Positions 52,049 to 64,000 of a stretch of DNA of 64,000 bases are shown here, one piece after another; position 1 is the stretch's first letter, and every line of letters starts with the position of its first letter. The DNA lies in NCBI GenBank assembly GCA_964016885.1, contig OZ024742.1:189658001-189722000 (forward strand). The letters run 5' to 3'. The stretch is from Eledone cirrhosa (taxonomy: Eukaryota). A program made the position numbers and the translations under genes. The notes beneath the pieces were generated by a model. That model did no database searches and had not been told where the DNA came from. It was given only the letters and a program-made list of their open reading frames with translations.

Positions 52049-54292
52049 TTTTAGAGTGTCATAAGTTAAATATGAGTATTTTTCTTAGCAAGAATGTACT
52101 ATTCATTCATTTAAAATCTATTCTCGGTATTAAACTCAACATTTTCACAACAGCTAAATAGCTAAATGATAGCCTAAGTCAAATTTAGCAGAGTTTATAT
52201 TCTTTATATTCATCATTATATGGTTTCAAAAGATGATAGTTAGAATATAATAGGATTAAAAGAACTTATCATTCATGCTGAGTACATGACAACATCATTA
52301 GTGCTGCAATAAAATATACCTAGAAGAATGTGTAATATTGCTAGCATTAGAAAGGGAAACCAATCATAGAAACCATGCCAAAACTGGAACAGGTGTAAGC
52401 AAGACATGCTCCTTAGTAATTCTAATTAACTAATGATTTGGTCTGTAATAACCAATCCAACTCATGCTTGCATGGAAAAAAAAACATGCAAAATGATGTG
52501 GAGGATGAGGAGAAGGAGGGGGAGGGGAAGATGATGATGATATTTTTCTGTTATGATGTAAATGAGTTTGCATTAGTAAAATATAAATGATGAATTAGCA
52601 GAGTGATTAGGTATCTATCTGATTAAATGCTTTGATATTTGTTCAGGCTCACAGCATTTTAGTTCAAATCCATCAAAGGTCAAATTTTCTGTTTATCCTT
52701 CCAGGGCCAATAAATAAAGTAGTATTCTATGGCAGTGGACTAATGGAATCATTAGTGTTAAATGGGATAAGTTGCAATATTTGTTCTAGATCTTTGCATC
52801 CTAAATACAAATCTTGCCATATTCTGTTTGGTTATCCATCACCTGATTTAGCACCATCATCTGATGTTTGGGTGTAAGCAGAATCAAACCTCTTTTAAAC
52901 ACTCAGACTAGCTTTCTGGTTTGAGGACATCTTTCTCTATTCCTTCCTCTCACCAGTAACAGATGCCCTGAAAAAGGTCATGGACACTGTCCATTCTCCT
53001 GACTAAGTGATAAGAAAAGGAGTTAAAATTATTGTAAAAACGAAGATATGGAAAGATATAAACAGATGTTATAAGAAGAGGCAAGCTGAACTAAGGGAGA
53101 AGCAGCCAACATTTTTTTTTTAAAGATTAGAGAAATGATTCTAAACACTATTCAATAGTAATTTAACCTTTTCAGTGCCGAGATAACTCCTCCTAACATG
53201 TTTGAACTCTTTTCCAACAGTTCATAACTTCAAAGCTAGATGGGGTTCCTAGTTTATTGATGTGATGTTTGTCAAGCATTCAGATATGTGTAGTTAATAA
53301 AAGTTTGTTTAAAAAAATAGTAATTTTACTGAAAAACAAACTGGCACAGCAACTGTATTCTCAGAAACATATAGAGAATACACAGACACACACACACACA
53401 TACATACATTTTTCAAACTGAAATTTCTTTCTCGCTGCTCAAGTTTAATGCCATTGTGATCTTCAATGACTCTTCAATCTCCAAATATATTTGGGATTTG
53501 AAATCACAACTTAAAATGAAAATTCTTTCTTTAACCAAATCTTGCAACTAACAAAAAATCCTGTAATTTGTAAATAACTGAGTGCTTTGACATACGATTT
53601 ACCAAAATAGTTCTGCTCCACCATCACTAGGAACCTTGTCTGTTTTTCCACAGGATACTTAAAAATGTCCAGTGTTTTAACCCTTTTGTTACTAGCCCAG
53701 CCAAAACTGGCTCTGGTTCTATGAAATAAAGTCCCCTATTTTAAAGGTTTCTAATTTAAATTTAAATTTTCCAACATAATTTTTTGGCATTGTTTTTGTA
53801 CCATAATGTCTTTCCTATCATCAACAACATTGTAAGGTTTACTGGGTACATTTTCTGTGCTATGAGACCAGCATTAGAGAAACTGTCATGTCATGACTAA
53901 AGTGACATCTCAATCATTTTTAGCATGTTTTCTATGGCTGGAGACCCTTCCTAACATTAAACTTTACAAAGTCTATGTGATGGGTTTTATTATGGCACCA
54001 ACACTAGGGAATTTGGCAGACATTAATTCAACTGAAGAGCCCTCATCAAGAATGATGATGTGTATCATGTCATGAGCAAGTGACAGTGACAAGTATAATG
54101 TGATGAGTAGAGGATAGGTGAGGAGGTATGCCAGGAGTACATATACTTATATGTGTGTATGTGTGTGTGGATGTAGTTGACAGCAGAGAGAAAAGAGTAC
54201 TCAACACTGAAGTAGAGTTTAAAAATTCATTTTATTAAGGCTAAATAGGGAGTCTTATTACTCTGCCGTTCCACTTGCTTCACACAGGGTTG

Positions 54293-54357
<65 letters not shown>

Positions 54358-54904
54358 TATATATATATAATATAATATATAAGTTCGATTAGATGAGTTG
54401 ATAATACAACTATATAAGGCAGAGATATATATTCAAAGCTCAAATGTGATTTCATTATCCAATGTAAGATTGGCAAAATACAGTCCAGAGTTTAAACCAA
54501 TTTGTAAATTTTCTAGTCATAGTATTTTTGCAACATCCCAAATCATATATAAAATAAATAAATAACCAAGTTTTAATATATTATTTAATTTATTTACATG
54601 ATTTTTTTTCGAAATACAGAAGCAATTAGGATTTTGTATTCGAATGACTCCAAACATGAAATCCATTCATGTTTGGAGACATTCAGACATGTGGTTGGTA
54701 AAAAAACTATCTTCTTTGTATTATTTAGAGATTCTGAAGATTTCTGTACAAAGGAATAAATTGCTAATTCCTTCAGCATTTGAAAAAAACCTTTGTAAAT
54801 CAATTAAGTAATGTATCAAACCTTGGTTATATATCTATTCATTTTACATATATATATATATAGTTATGTAATAAACAACATAAGGCAATTATTTCATTTA
54901 CCAG

Positions 54905-55014
54905 TGGTTTCTTAAAAGCAAAAGAAATTTTGCTTTCAATCATCAGAATGAAAAAATCCTGGTTTCTTAAAAGCAAAAACAATTTTGCTGTCAATCATCA
55001 GAATGAAAAAATCC
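54905..55014. repeat. 55-bp tandem duplication
   Basis: TGGTTTCTTAAAAGCAAAA..TCAATCATCAGAATGAAAAAATCC occurs twice. Confidence 0.9.
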
Positions 55015-55112
55015 TTATTACATAACTATTAAGCTCTGTTACCTACATAGAGCACTCTTTTTTCCTGGACTTTTCCGACGGAATTACTTCATTTACACAT
55101 ATATATATATAT

Positions 55113-55310
55113 ATATGAAAAATTCAGGACCCTGATGGCTGAGTTCCAGCCGTTTCAACAGCTAGATCCGAACATTTTGAATTAGCTTTTGAAACATCCA
55201 GAGCTCAGCTGTCGGGGTCCAAAATTTTCATATTACCCACTTTTCTACCCCAAGTATTGAGTACACTGGTGAGTAATGGTCTAACTAGTTTTTACTGCGT
55301 CCATTCTGAT
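55113..55310. mobile_element. TA-embedded element with a ~50-bp-arm imperfect hairpin and a GTACTCAATAC motif
   Basis: ATGAAAAATT..GGACCCTGATGGCTGAGTTC..GTTTCAACAGCTA pairs with TAGCTTTTGAAAC..GAGCTCAGCTGTCGGGGTCC..AATTTTCAT; the left arm is homologous to 36659-36700. Confidence 0.7.
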
Positions 55311-57616
55311 ATATATATATATGTAATCATCCTCAATTGTTTGCATATACCAAAATTGCTATATATACATATGCATATCTATATTTGTGTGTGTGTGTAT
55401 ATATATAAACATGTGTACATATATGTTATTATCATCATCATCATCATCATCATTATCATCACTGTTTAATGCCTGCTTTCTGAGCTGTCACATTTTGAGG
55501 CCAGTCAGGTCAGATGACTACATCATGCTCATATGCCCCATTTCTGGTTTGGTTTTCCATGGCTGGATGCCCTTCCTAATGACAACCACCTTAAAGAGTG
55601 GACTGGGTGCTTCTTGACATGGCACTAGTATAGCCACCTTATAGAATGGACTGAGTGTTCTTTTGTAGTACTAGCATTAATAATGTACAAAGTGCAGTAG
55701 GTGCATTTTGTTGTGGCACTTGTGTGACTGTTTTACAGGATGGACTGAGTATGTTTTATCATATCACCTGTGCTTCCTACCTCATTATGACATTTAGATA
55801 CTTATTATATCCTTGCTGAGAAGACAATGATGAGATGAGAGTAAATCTAAGAGAGCAAGCATCAAGTTACATATTGCTCGCTATGAAGGGAGGGGGTGTA
55901 CGAAAGTGCAAAAGTGATTGATATGTCATGAGGTGAGGAGGGCTTGAAGTGGGTGAGTTTTGCTTGGCAGTATATTGTGGAATGTTTGCAGTTCTCCATC
56001 CATGCCTGGGTTAGACAAAACAGGTGTACCAGAGATGCTGCAGAGCGAGGGGGTACACATCATCATCATTATTAAATACATGTTTTCCATACTCACCTGG
56101 GCCTGATGGGCTGTCATGCTCTGAGACTAGGCCAAACATGGTGTGAAAGGAGCAGGCTATATACCGATTGCTTGGGTGAGTGGAAGGGTGAGAAACATCT
56201 TAACATGGGAAAATGAAGTGCCTGTTTATGGAGGCCACCCTAAAGCAAGTAGGTCATATCTGACATATTTCGAAAAGTGCCTGACATTCTACATTGGACT
56301 TGAAAGGTAAACCATGGATGAGTGTGAAGGGAGGAAGAAATAACGATAGTGCACAACATTATATACGTTTACCAGCTGATTTCATGCCAGGTGCAGATTA
56401 TTTCATTAGAGATATGTCTACATTTAGTCAGTAATCTTCAGACATTAATCTTATATAATTTTGTATAATATCATTATTATGAAACTATAGAGCTCTTCTT
56501 CTGATATAGAACCCTCATCTTACTTGTTGGTTATTACATAAGACTACACACAGACATATGTATTTGATAGCTAACTGTTTTAGAAAATCCATTTGAAATA
56601 TAGAAAATAATCCTTGTTATATTAGATATGAAAATTAACTCTTAACGTCCTATTAGTTCAGGTATTTATTCTATCTTTACTACTAAACAGATCATTGTAA
56701 AAATTTGTAGTTAACTAAAGTAAAGACTTTCATTTTCAATGTGATACAGTCATTGTTCTATTTTTTATATTTCAATAATGTATTTTCCTGCATTACAGAG
56801 TGTTAAGATTTAAAGATATTTGAAAATGTGAGAATTTCAAATTCAGGAAACAAATGTAATAACACTCAATCGATATGAATTATAGCTGAGACAATCGGAT
56901 AAAATAGCCCTAGAGGCAGAAAATAGTGCTTTGATAATTCATAAATTTTGTAAAATCATCTAATACTAAATTATAATTGTTTGAAATGCAAAATATGTTT
57001 ATTGTTGTTTATGTAATAACTATGCTACTCTTTTAATCTGGAATTAATACGTGTGGACATGAATTTCATGTGACTCACCATAGTAGTTTACTAGGTAGCC
57101 AAAGGCTGTGCAATGTGTGTCATTACAATCGTCTACATATCTTAATATTGGTGGCTGTTTTTCAGAACCAGTGAAGAAGGGTAAATTCTAAGTCTATTTT
57201 GCTTTCATTTATTCCTAGCTATGGCTCTCAAGCAGAGTGCAAGTATCAATATCCAGATTAGTCAAGGGTTAGTGACACCATAAAATATTCAGTTATGTCA
57301 AGAGCACAAGCCCATCTCTTGGGTTGGTGACATGATAAAATGCACCTTGAAAAGAGGGGTTAGTGCTAGGTATGGCATATATTAAAGAGAACTTGCCAAA
57401 CAATTAGTGGAGAAGAATCTTCAATTGTGTCTAAGACAAGACTACCTCCCTAGTACTGGTTCTAGGATAAAATGTAAGTATACCCTGTAGTGTGCAGGAA
57501 CATATGTAAGTGATATAAGAACTCAGTCTATCTGAGAAATCAGTGGCTTTGATAAAGTACTGACATGATGTGTGACATCCCATCCAAATATTGCTAGCAA
57601 GAAAAACAGACATTAA

Positions 57617-57803
57617 ATAATTGTTTCTACTTTTGGCACAAGGCCAGCAATTATCCCAGTGCATTACTGGTACTTTATTTTATCGACCCCGTAAGGATGA
57701 AAGGCAAAGTTAACCACGGCAGGATATGAACTCAGTCCGTAAAGGGACGTAACTGTGCTGCAAAGCATGGCGTCCGACTATCTACCGATACTGCCAATCC
57801 ACC
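57617..57803 (-). mobile_element. SINE family 1 copy with an 18-bp TSD
   Basis: AAACAGACATTAAATAAT at 57604-57621 and 57815-57832. Confidence 0.9.
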
Positions 57804-60391
57804 AAGACAGATCCAAACAGACATTAAATAATAGTGATGATAGTGATAAGGATGATGATGATGAGAATGATGGGGATGATGCTAATGAGGATGGTGATGA
57901 TGATGTCTTATTTATTTTATGGTGATGACCTTTTTTGTTTGGTAAAATAGATAATTCAACAGAGATCTGGAAACAAAGATGTTCAAAATTTGGTGCTGTA
58001 CCTGTACTGTATTCAATAATATTGAAGTTGTAATTTTAGATCTAAATTGTGTTATAAATGGTCTTTGAAAGTTTTCAATAGATTTGCTCCAAATATTTTC
58101 TAATAGCTGTCAGTGATACCAAAGTGGATATGTAGCTATTTAGTAGCATACCTATGTATTTATGTGTGAAGGCACAGAGTTTAATGGTTAGTGTGTTCAT
58201 CTCAGGAATGAAAAGTCATGAATTTGATTCCCAACAGTACATTGTGTCATAGAGCAAGACATTAATTTGCATTGCTCCAGCCCAGTGAGTTGACAAAAAT
58301 GAGTTGTTCCTGTATTTCAAAAGGCCAGACTTGTCACACATTTTGTAACACAGAATCTCCCTGAGAATTGGATCAATGGTTAATGTGTCTGTGGAATGCC
58401 CAGCTACTTGCACATAACTTTCATAAGCAGTGTTCAGTTTATCAAACCACTAGCACACTCATTATTGAAACTGATGTAATACATATGTACACTGATGAAA
58501 CTGATGTAATACATACATACACTAACAACAAAAGAAGAATTTAAGGCTATTTTCCAAGCTAAAGCAGGGATTAGCTTTGCAAGACCCATGGCATGGTATT
58601 TTTCGAAGCAATGCTTTATAACTGAATGCCCTTCCGGGTGTCAACCCTTGTAGATATCTCTTACAGTATGCATAGATACAGTGTAGTTATCCTAAACTGG
58701 ATACATGCAGTCACTATATAACTCTACAGCTAAAACCAAATAATTTAGTGTGTCTCAGTTGAACAATTTCATCATAATTATGACTACCATTTTATATCTC
58801 TTTTCCTTGCTTGTATGGGTTAACTGTATTTTCATGTTCTGAGGGTGGACAAGTCATATAATTGTATCTTGTTCATACACTCTATTCTGATATGGGTTCT
58901 ACAGCGAAATGCCCTTCCTAATGCCAACTACTTCTTGTTAGTAGTAAATATTTGAACGAGACCTTCAAAGACCAAAGTAGAAAAGCATTCCATGCTAATA
59001 GCAGTCAGGCATGGGTCAGTTAGTCCTAAGAAGCCAGTTAAAGTTTGTATAAATGTGCCAGATCTGACGTTTATATTTTTTCATCATAGCACCACCAAAA
59101 CCACTTGACGTAAAACTGGCCAAATAATGTAAAGTCATCTCTCATTAGCTATATGTTTCAAAGGAGTGAATATCAGTTGGGCTAGTCTCCCTTCTAGTAA
59201 AATTATTAGCAATATCTAAAGAACAGTATTTGTTTTCAGTATTTATATATAATCAGTTAATTTTCTCTTCAGTATCAAATAATTTTCTCTTCATTGCCAG
59301 GCAGTTGCAAGTATACTAAATAAAGGTATTCAAAGAAGTTCTAGAAAATATTAGAGAATTTTTCCTTATAATATATTTATTCATTCATTTATTTTTGTTG
59401 CTGTTGTTGATCCAGGATTGAGGAAAAATATTTGAATAATGTCACAAAAATATTAGTGGAAGATTTCTTTTCGAAATGCTAAGATAACTAAGAATTAAAA
59501 TTTTTCTTTTAATTTTCAGTAATTATCATGTTTCAATAATATGTAATGCAAGACTCATCTCCTTAAATACATAGAACTATATATAGATTTGTCTAGAACT
59601 TGATATAGTTTTAGGATTCATTGCAATGTAGACAAATTTCTGAAATCATTTTTAGAAAATTGTTCTTGCTGTATCTGATGTAAGATTTTGATTTTATTTC
59701 GTTTTTATCTTATTTTATGTTAAGTCAGTCTCTACATCTTCTTCCTAACTAATAAAGCTTGTAGTATCATTTACCAATAGAAGATCTAAATTTACACAGA
59801 AAATTGTCTCCAAAGTTAGATAAACAAAACTTGTGGAAGAAAATTAAAAAAAACATCAAACTATTTCATTTATAAAGCGGGTGACTTAAGAAGCATTATG
59901 AAAATTTGACATTTTGAAAAGAGTAGGTCCCAAAGCAAATGATCATCATAAATAATTATTGAGAAAAACAGGTAATTGAAAGTATCATATTCAATAGTAA
60001 GCTGGAAATATTGCTGAGGGGACAACACTAGAACCTTTGCATTTATTGATGTGTGGTTAAGGCATTCACTTTGTAACCACAGGGTTTCTGGTTCAATTCC
60101 CCCCTGTGGCACAATGAGCAAGTGTCTTTTGTCCTAAATTCATATTGACCAATGACTTGTGAATAAAATTTGGTAGACAGAAACGGTATGGAAGCCAGGC
60201 ATATATATAAATGTATGTATGAATGTATGTATGTATATATCTATTGCGGCTCAGTAGTTACCGAAGATGTTGATTCTTTTTCTTTTCGGGTTATAGCTAC
60301 TGTTGCTCAGAGAGTGGGATTGGCTCAGTGCACAGTCTTTCCTCCCTTTAAAAAATATCTTCATGCACAGTCATTGCACGATAGAATTAAT

Positions 60392-60580
60392 TAATTGTTT
60401 CTACTTTAGGCACAAGGCCAGCAATTACCTAGTGCATTACTGGTACTTTATTTTATCGACCCCGTAAGGATGAAAGGCAAAGTTAACCTCAGCGGGTTTT
60501 GAACTCAGAATGGCAAGGGCCGTAACTCTATGCGTCAAAGCATGGCGTCCGACCCTCTACCGATACTGCCAATCCACCAC
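60392..60580 (-). mobile_element. SINE family 1 full-length copy
   Basis: Reverse complement of 4004-4200. Confidence 0.88.
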
Positions 60581-60647
60581 CTTAATAATTATTAATAATG
60601 GTATGCAATGGCCATACTCGATAAAAAGGGGGCAGCCATCATATATC

Positions 60648-60686
<39 letters not shown>

Positions 60687-63277
60687 TATGTGTGTGTGCA
60701 TGTGTGTGTGGGTTTTATCCATGTATGTGTTTACATTTGTTGTTTGTTTATGTTCTCTAATTTAGCAATTTGTCAAAAAAGTGATTGATGAAATAATTAC
60801 TATCATAATTATCCTCATCATCATCATCAGTTCACATCCATTTTCCACACTGGCATGTGTTGGACAGTTTCTCACAGTCTGAGATAAGATAGTTCAGATC
60901 AGCACACCTTGCTCATACATTCCACATGTAGCATGGATTCTACCACTGGTAGCCCTTCCTAATTACAGCCACCTTATAGGGTGTATGCTGTGCATTTTTT
61001 CATGGTACTAATACAGACATTTTACCGAGTGTATTGGTTAAATTTATTTGTGGCACCACTACCACTAGTTTAGAGGCTGTACTGCATGTGTCATTTTGTG
61101 GCACCAACACTAATCCTTCGCAGGATGCATTTTATTTTGGCATTATCTCCAGAGAGTGTGTTACATGCTCACACAGGCTAACGTGTTTTCTAAAACACTA
61201 TACTGTCTCCATTCAATTGACAACACTGTAGCTTCTAGTCATTCGCTATATTTACATTTTATTTTACTTTTTAATAGATAAATTTTAAATGCAAATCATA
61301 GAGTTAAATAAATTTCCTATGGGGTCAATCGTTTTGAAACAGCCAGTATAATACAAGCTGGACCTCCTAAATCTAATAATTTATGGTCCAGCAGTTCTTA
61401 TGTTTTGGCATGTTTTGGAGCTCTTGCCCTTTGTTGATCTGCCACCAGAACAGAACTGTTAACAATGCTAAACTGCCATATTTTGTTTACTTCAATCAAG
61501 AACCAAGTGTTTTGGTAATAGAGTCCTGCTAATTTCTATGATTCAGTTGAATTTTATCCCTTCAGAAAATAGGATATATACTCTCTACGCCCCACCCTCA
61601 TTTCCTCATCTGACCATCACTTCTGCCACTTTATTGAAAATATAAGATATGGAATGTCTCTTATATCTAATGATTTTAACTATTATATCTAATTTATTTC
61701 CACAAGTTGCTTTTGCATCTTAAAATACTATATCTTTGTTCATTTCTGGCTACAATTTACAACATTTTATGAAGTATCTTTCTCTTTCTTTTCACTATAT
61801 CTATAGTGAACACAGTTTGGCTGAACGATTAAGAAGTTTGTTTCACAATTATTAGGTGCCAGGTTCAATCCTATTGCATGACATCCAGAGCAAGGGTCAT
61901 TTGCCATAGTGTCAGGTGAAGATGGCTTCACCTTGTGAGTGAAATTAGTTTGACAGAAACTGTTTGGAAACACATCTGATGGAAGGTACCTGTAATTCAA
62001 AGGGCCAGTTTTGTCATGCAGTGTATCAAACTGAATTTTCTTGGATGGTACACATCAGTGGTATGCTCAGCCACATACAAGTTGAGTTCAAATCTTGCTG
62101 AAGTCAACTTTACCTTTTACCCTTTTCATGTTGATAAATAAAATACAAATCTAAGGGTGGTGAATTGTTAATGAGTCAGATAGAATGTTTTGTGGGGTCT
62201 GTTCCACCTCTGTGCATGCTGAGTTCAAATCATGCCTCCTCTCCCTGGAAAAGCAGTGACATTTTAACCAAGAATTGTAGCTGATAGATATTATTAACAA
62301 TAAAAAACCAATAACAATATATTTTCCTTGGTCTGGACAGATCTAGGATTCAGCTTCTTTCTTTGTTTATTGCCTAAGTATATGTCTTCATTTGTGGTTA
62401 TATTTGACCAAAATATATACAAACATTTTGTATTTTTGTAAAGGTATATATAATGTTTTGACAAGCTTTGATTCTTCTCAGATAATTCTAGAAACAATTG
62501 ACTGTTTGTAACAATAAGTAGAGTGAATGTAAGCAATATTTGGTTTAGGAGTCTCAATAACAATTTACTTTGACATAACTTATATACTGTCTATGTTGCA
62601 CATGTATATATCAAACTTTAATGAGTTTGCTATACAGAAGAATGTAACTGATGTCTAGAAGAAAATACTTCGTGGAGATCCTAAATGTTACACTAACAGC
62701 TATAACATAAAATTCTGCAAACAGCTTGCTCAGAACAGACACTTATGGCTCATCCTTATTCATAAAAATCCTAAAACTTTGCATCTATACAATGAAAAAT
62801 ATGAAAAATACCATATGTTCAGTGAAGCTGGCACTTCAAAGGAAGCCACAAAACACATATGCCTTAAATGTGGTCACTACTTCTGTACCAAAGTTAGACG
62901 TGTTAGCCATTTACAGACATGAAACTCAACTAGTCAATTAGGTAAAGTCATTGTCTTCGTTTACCAATGGATGAACTACCACAATATGTCAAATTCTTTT
63001 AGAAAACAACTAAAATGCATGTAATTATCCAAATATTACATGACATAGGAAACATTTGGTTTTCTTTAGAAATTTCAGAGATTTGTTTGTTTGTTTCTTG
63101 TTATTGTTTAATCCTTGGCATACTGTAGCATCAGATTACATGAGTAAAGATAACAAATTCAGTTATGCCTTATTGCTAAGGTTTCTACATCCATACAAAT
63201 ACTAGGCTGAGTTTATTTCACTTAGATTTTCATTATTTATCTTCATTTAAGCATTCTTATAAAATAAAGATGAGCTC

Positions 63278-63366
63278 ACAACAACAACAATACTGATAAT
63301 ATTAACAACAATAACAATAACAACAACAACAACAAAAACAACAACAACAACAACAATAACAACAAT

Positions 63367-63401
<35 letters not shown>
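63278..63401. repeat. (CAA)n/(TAA)n array
   Basis: Seen directly. Confidence 0.95.
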
Positions 63402-63402
<1 letters not shown>

Positions 63403-64000
63403 TCAGGAGGTTCTTGTCATTCAGTATGAAGACATGGAAAATGACACTCCTTTTGAATAGTGAAACAAAATCACTGGAAGCTGGAGAAGTTAATATTAAT
63501 TGGGGAATTTTTCAGGGTGACTCTTTATCACCGCTTTTATTCTGCATCGCACTTATACCATTAAGTAAAATGCTCAATGAAACAAAACATGGATATAGAG
63601 TCTATGTCAAAACCATTAATCACTTGTTCTACTTGGATTACCTGAAACTATTAGCAAAAAATGATGAACAATTGCAAGGGTTATTATCCACTGTGGAGCA
63701 GTTCAGTGATGACATTAAAATAGAGTTTGGACTAGATAAATGCGCCAAAGCAATGTTCACCAGAGGAAAGCTGCTGAAGAGTTCAGACATTAATCTTGAT
63801 CAGGGGAATGTGATAAGAGAACTTGATCAAGAGGAAACTTACAAATATCTAGGTCTTTGTGAAGGAGACGGAATCAAGCACTCGACAATGAGGGAAAGGA
63901 TAAGGAAGGAATGTTACCGCAGAGTAAGAGCAATCTTAAGAACAGAATTGAATGCAAGGAATAGGATCGATGCCATAAACACGCTTGCCATACCAGTAGT
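63402..64000 (+). mobile_element. 5'-truncated R4/Dong-like LINE RT, open to the window end, abutting (TAA)n
   Basis: Frame from 63402 reads GIFQGDSLSPLLFCIAL, INHLFYLDYLKL, FSDDIKIEFGLDKCAK, YKYLG; the catalytic YxDD reads YLDY. Missing from the ORF track because no stop lies in the window. Confidence 0.88.

Overview
AT-rich, repeat-dense animal (eukaryotic) genomic DNA with no prokaryotic operons, rRNA, true tRNA genes or CRISPR. The repeat make-up (long TA/TAA/GAT microsatellites, tRNA-derived SINEs, RTE and R4-like LINEs) suggests a mollusc, probably an octopus; this is an inference. Most of the window looks intronic or intergenic. It is filled with decayed non-LTR retrotransposons (R4/Dong-like, CRE-like, two RTE subfamilies with a PHD finger, an Expander-like RTE, a Penelope-like element), at least two SINE families, and TTAA-, 8-bp- and 6-bp-TSD MITEs. 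One convincing host coding exon (44450-45194, +) encodes a low-complexity region with a phospho-FFAT/Kv2-PRC-like motif. A weaker candidate terminal exon lies at 8561-8716. The most unusual signal is a set of non-coding fold-back (inverted-repeat) elements inside (TA)n arrays at 13681-14084, 20794-21234, 24780-25308, 36825-36954 and 55113-55233. These and neighbouring TA-embedded fragments carry hammerhead-ribozyme-like CTGANGA/GAAAC motifs and a shared GTACTCAAYRC motif. Almost all short ORFs in the track are microsatellite or antisense artefacts.
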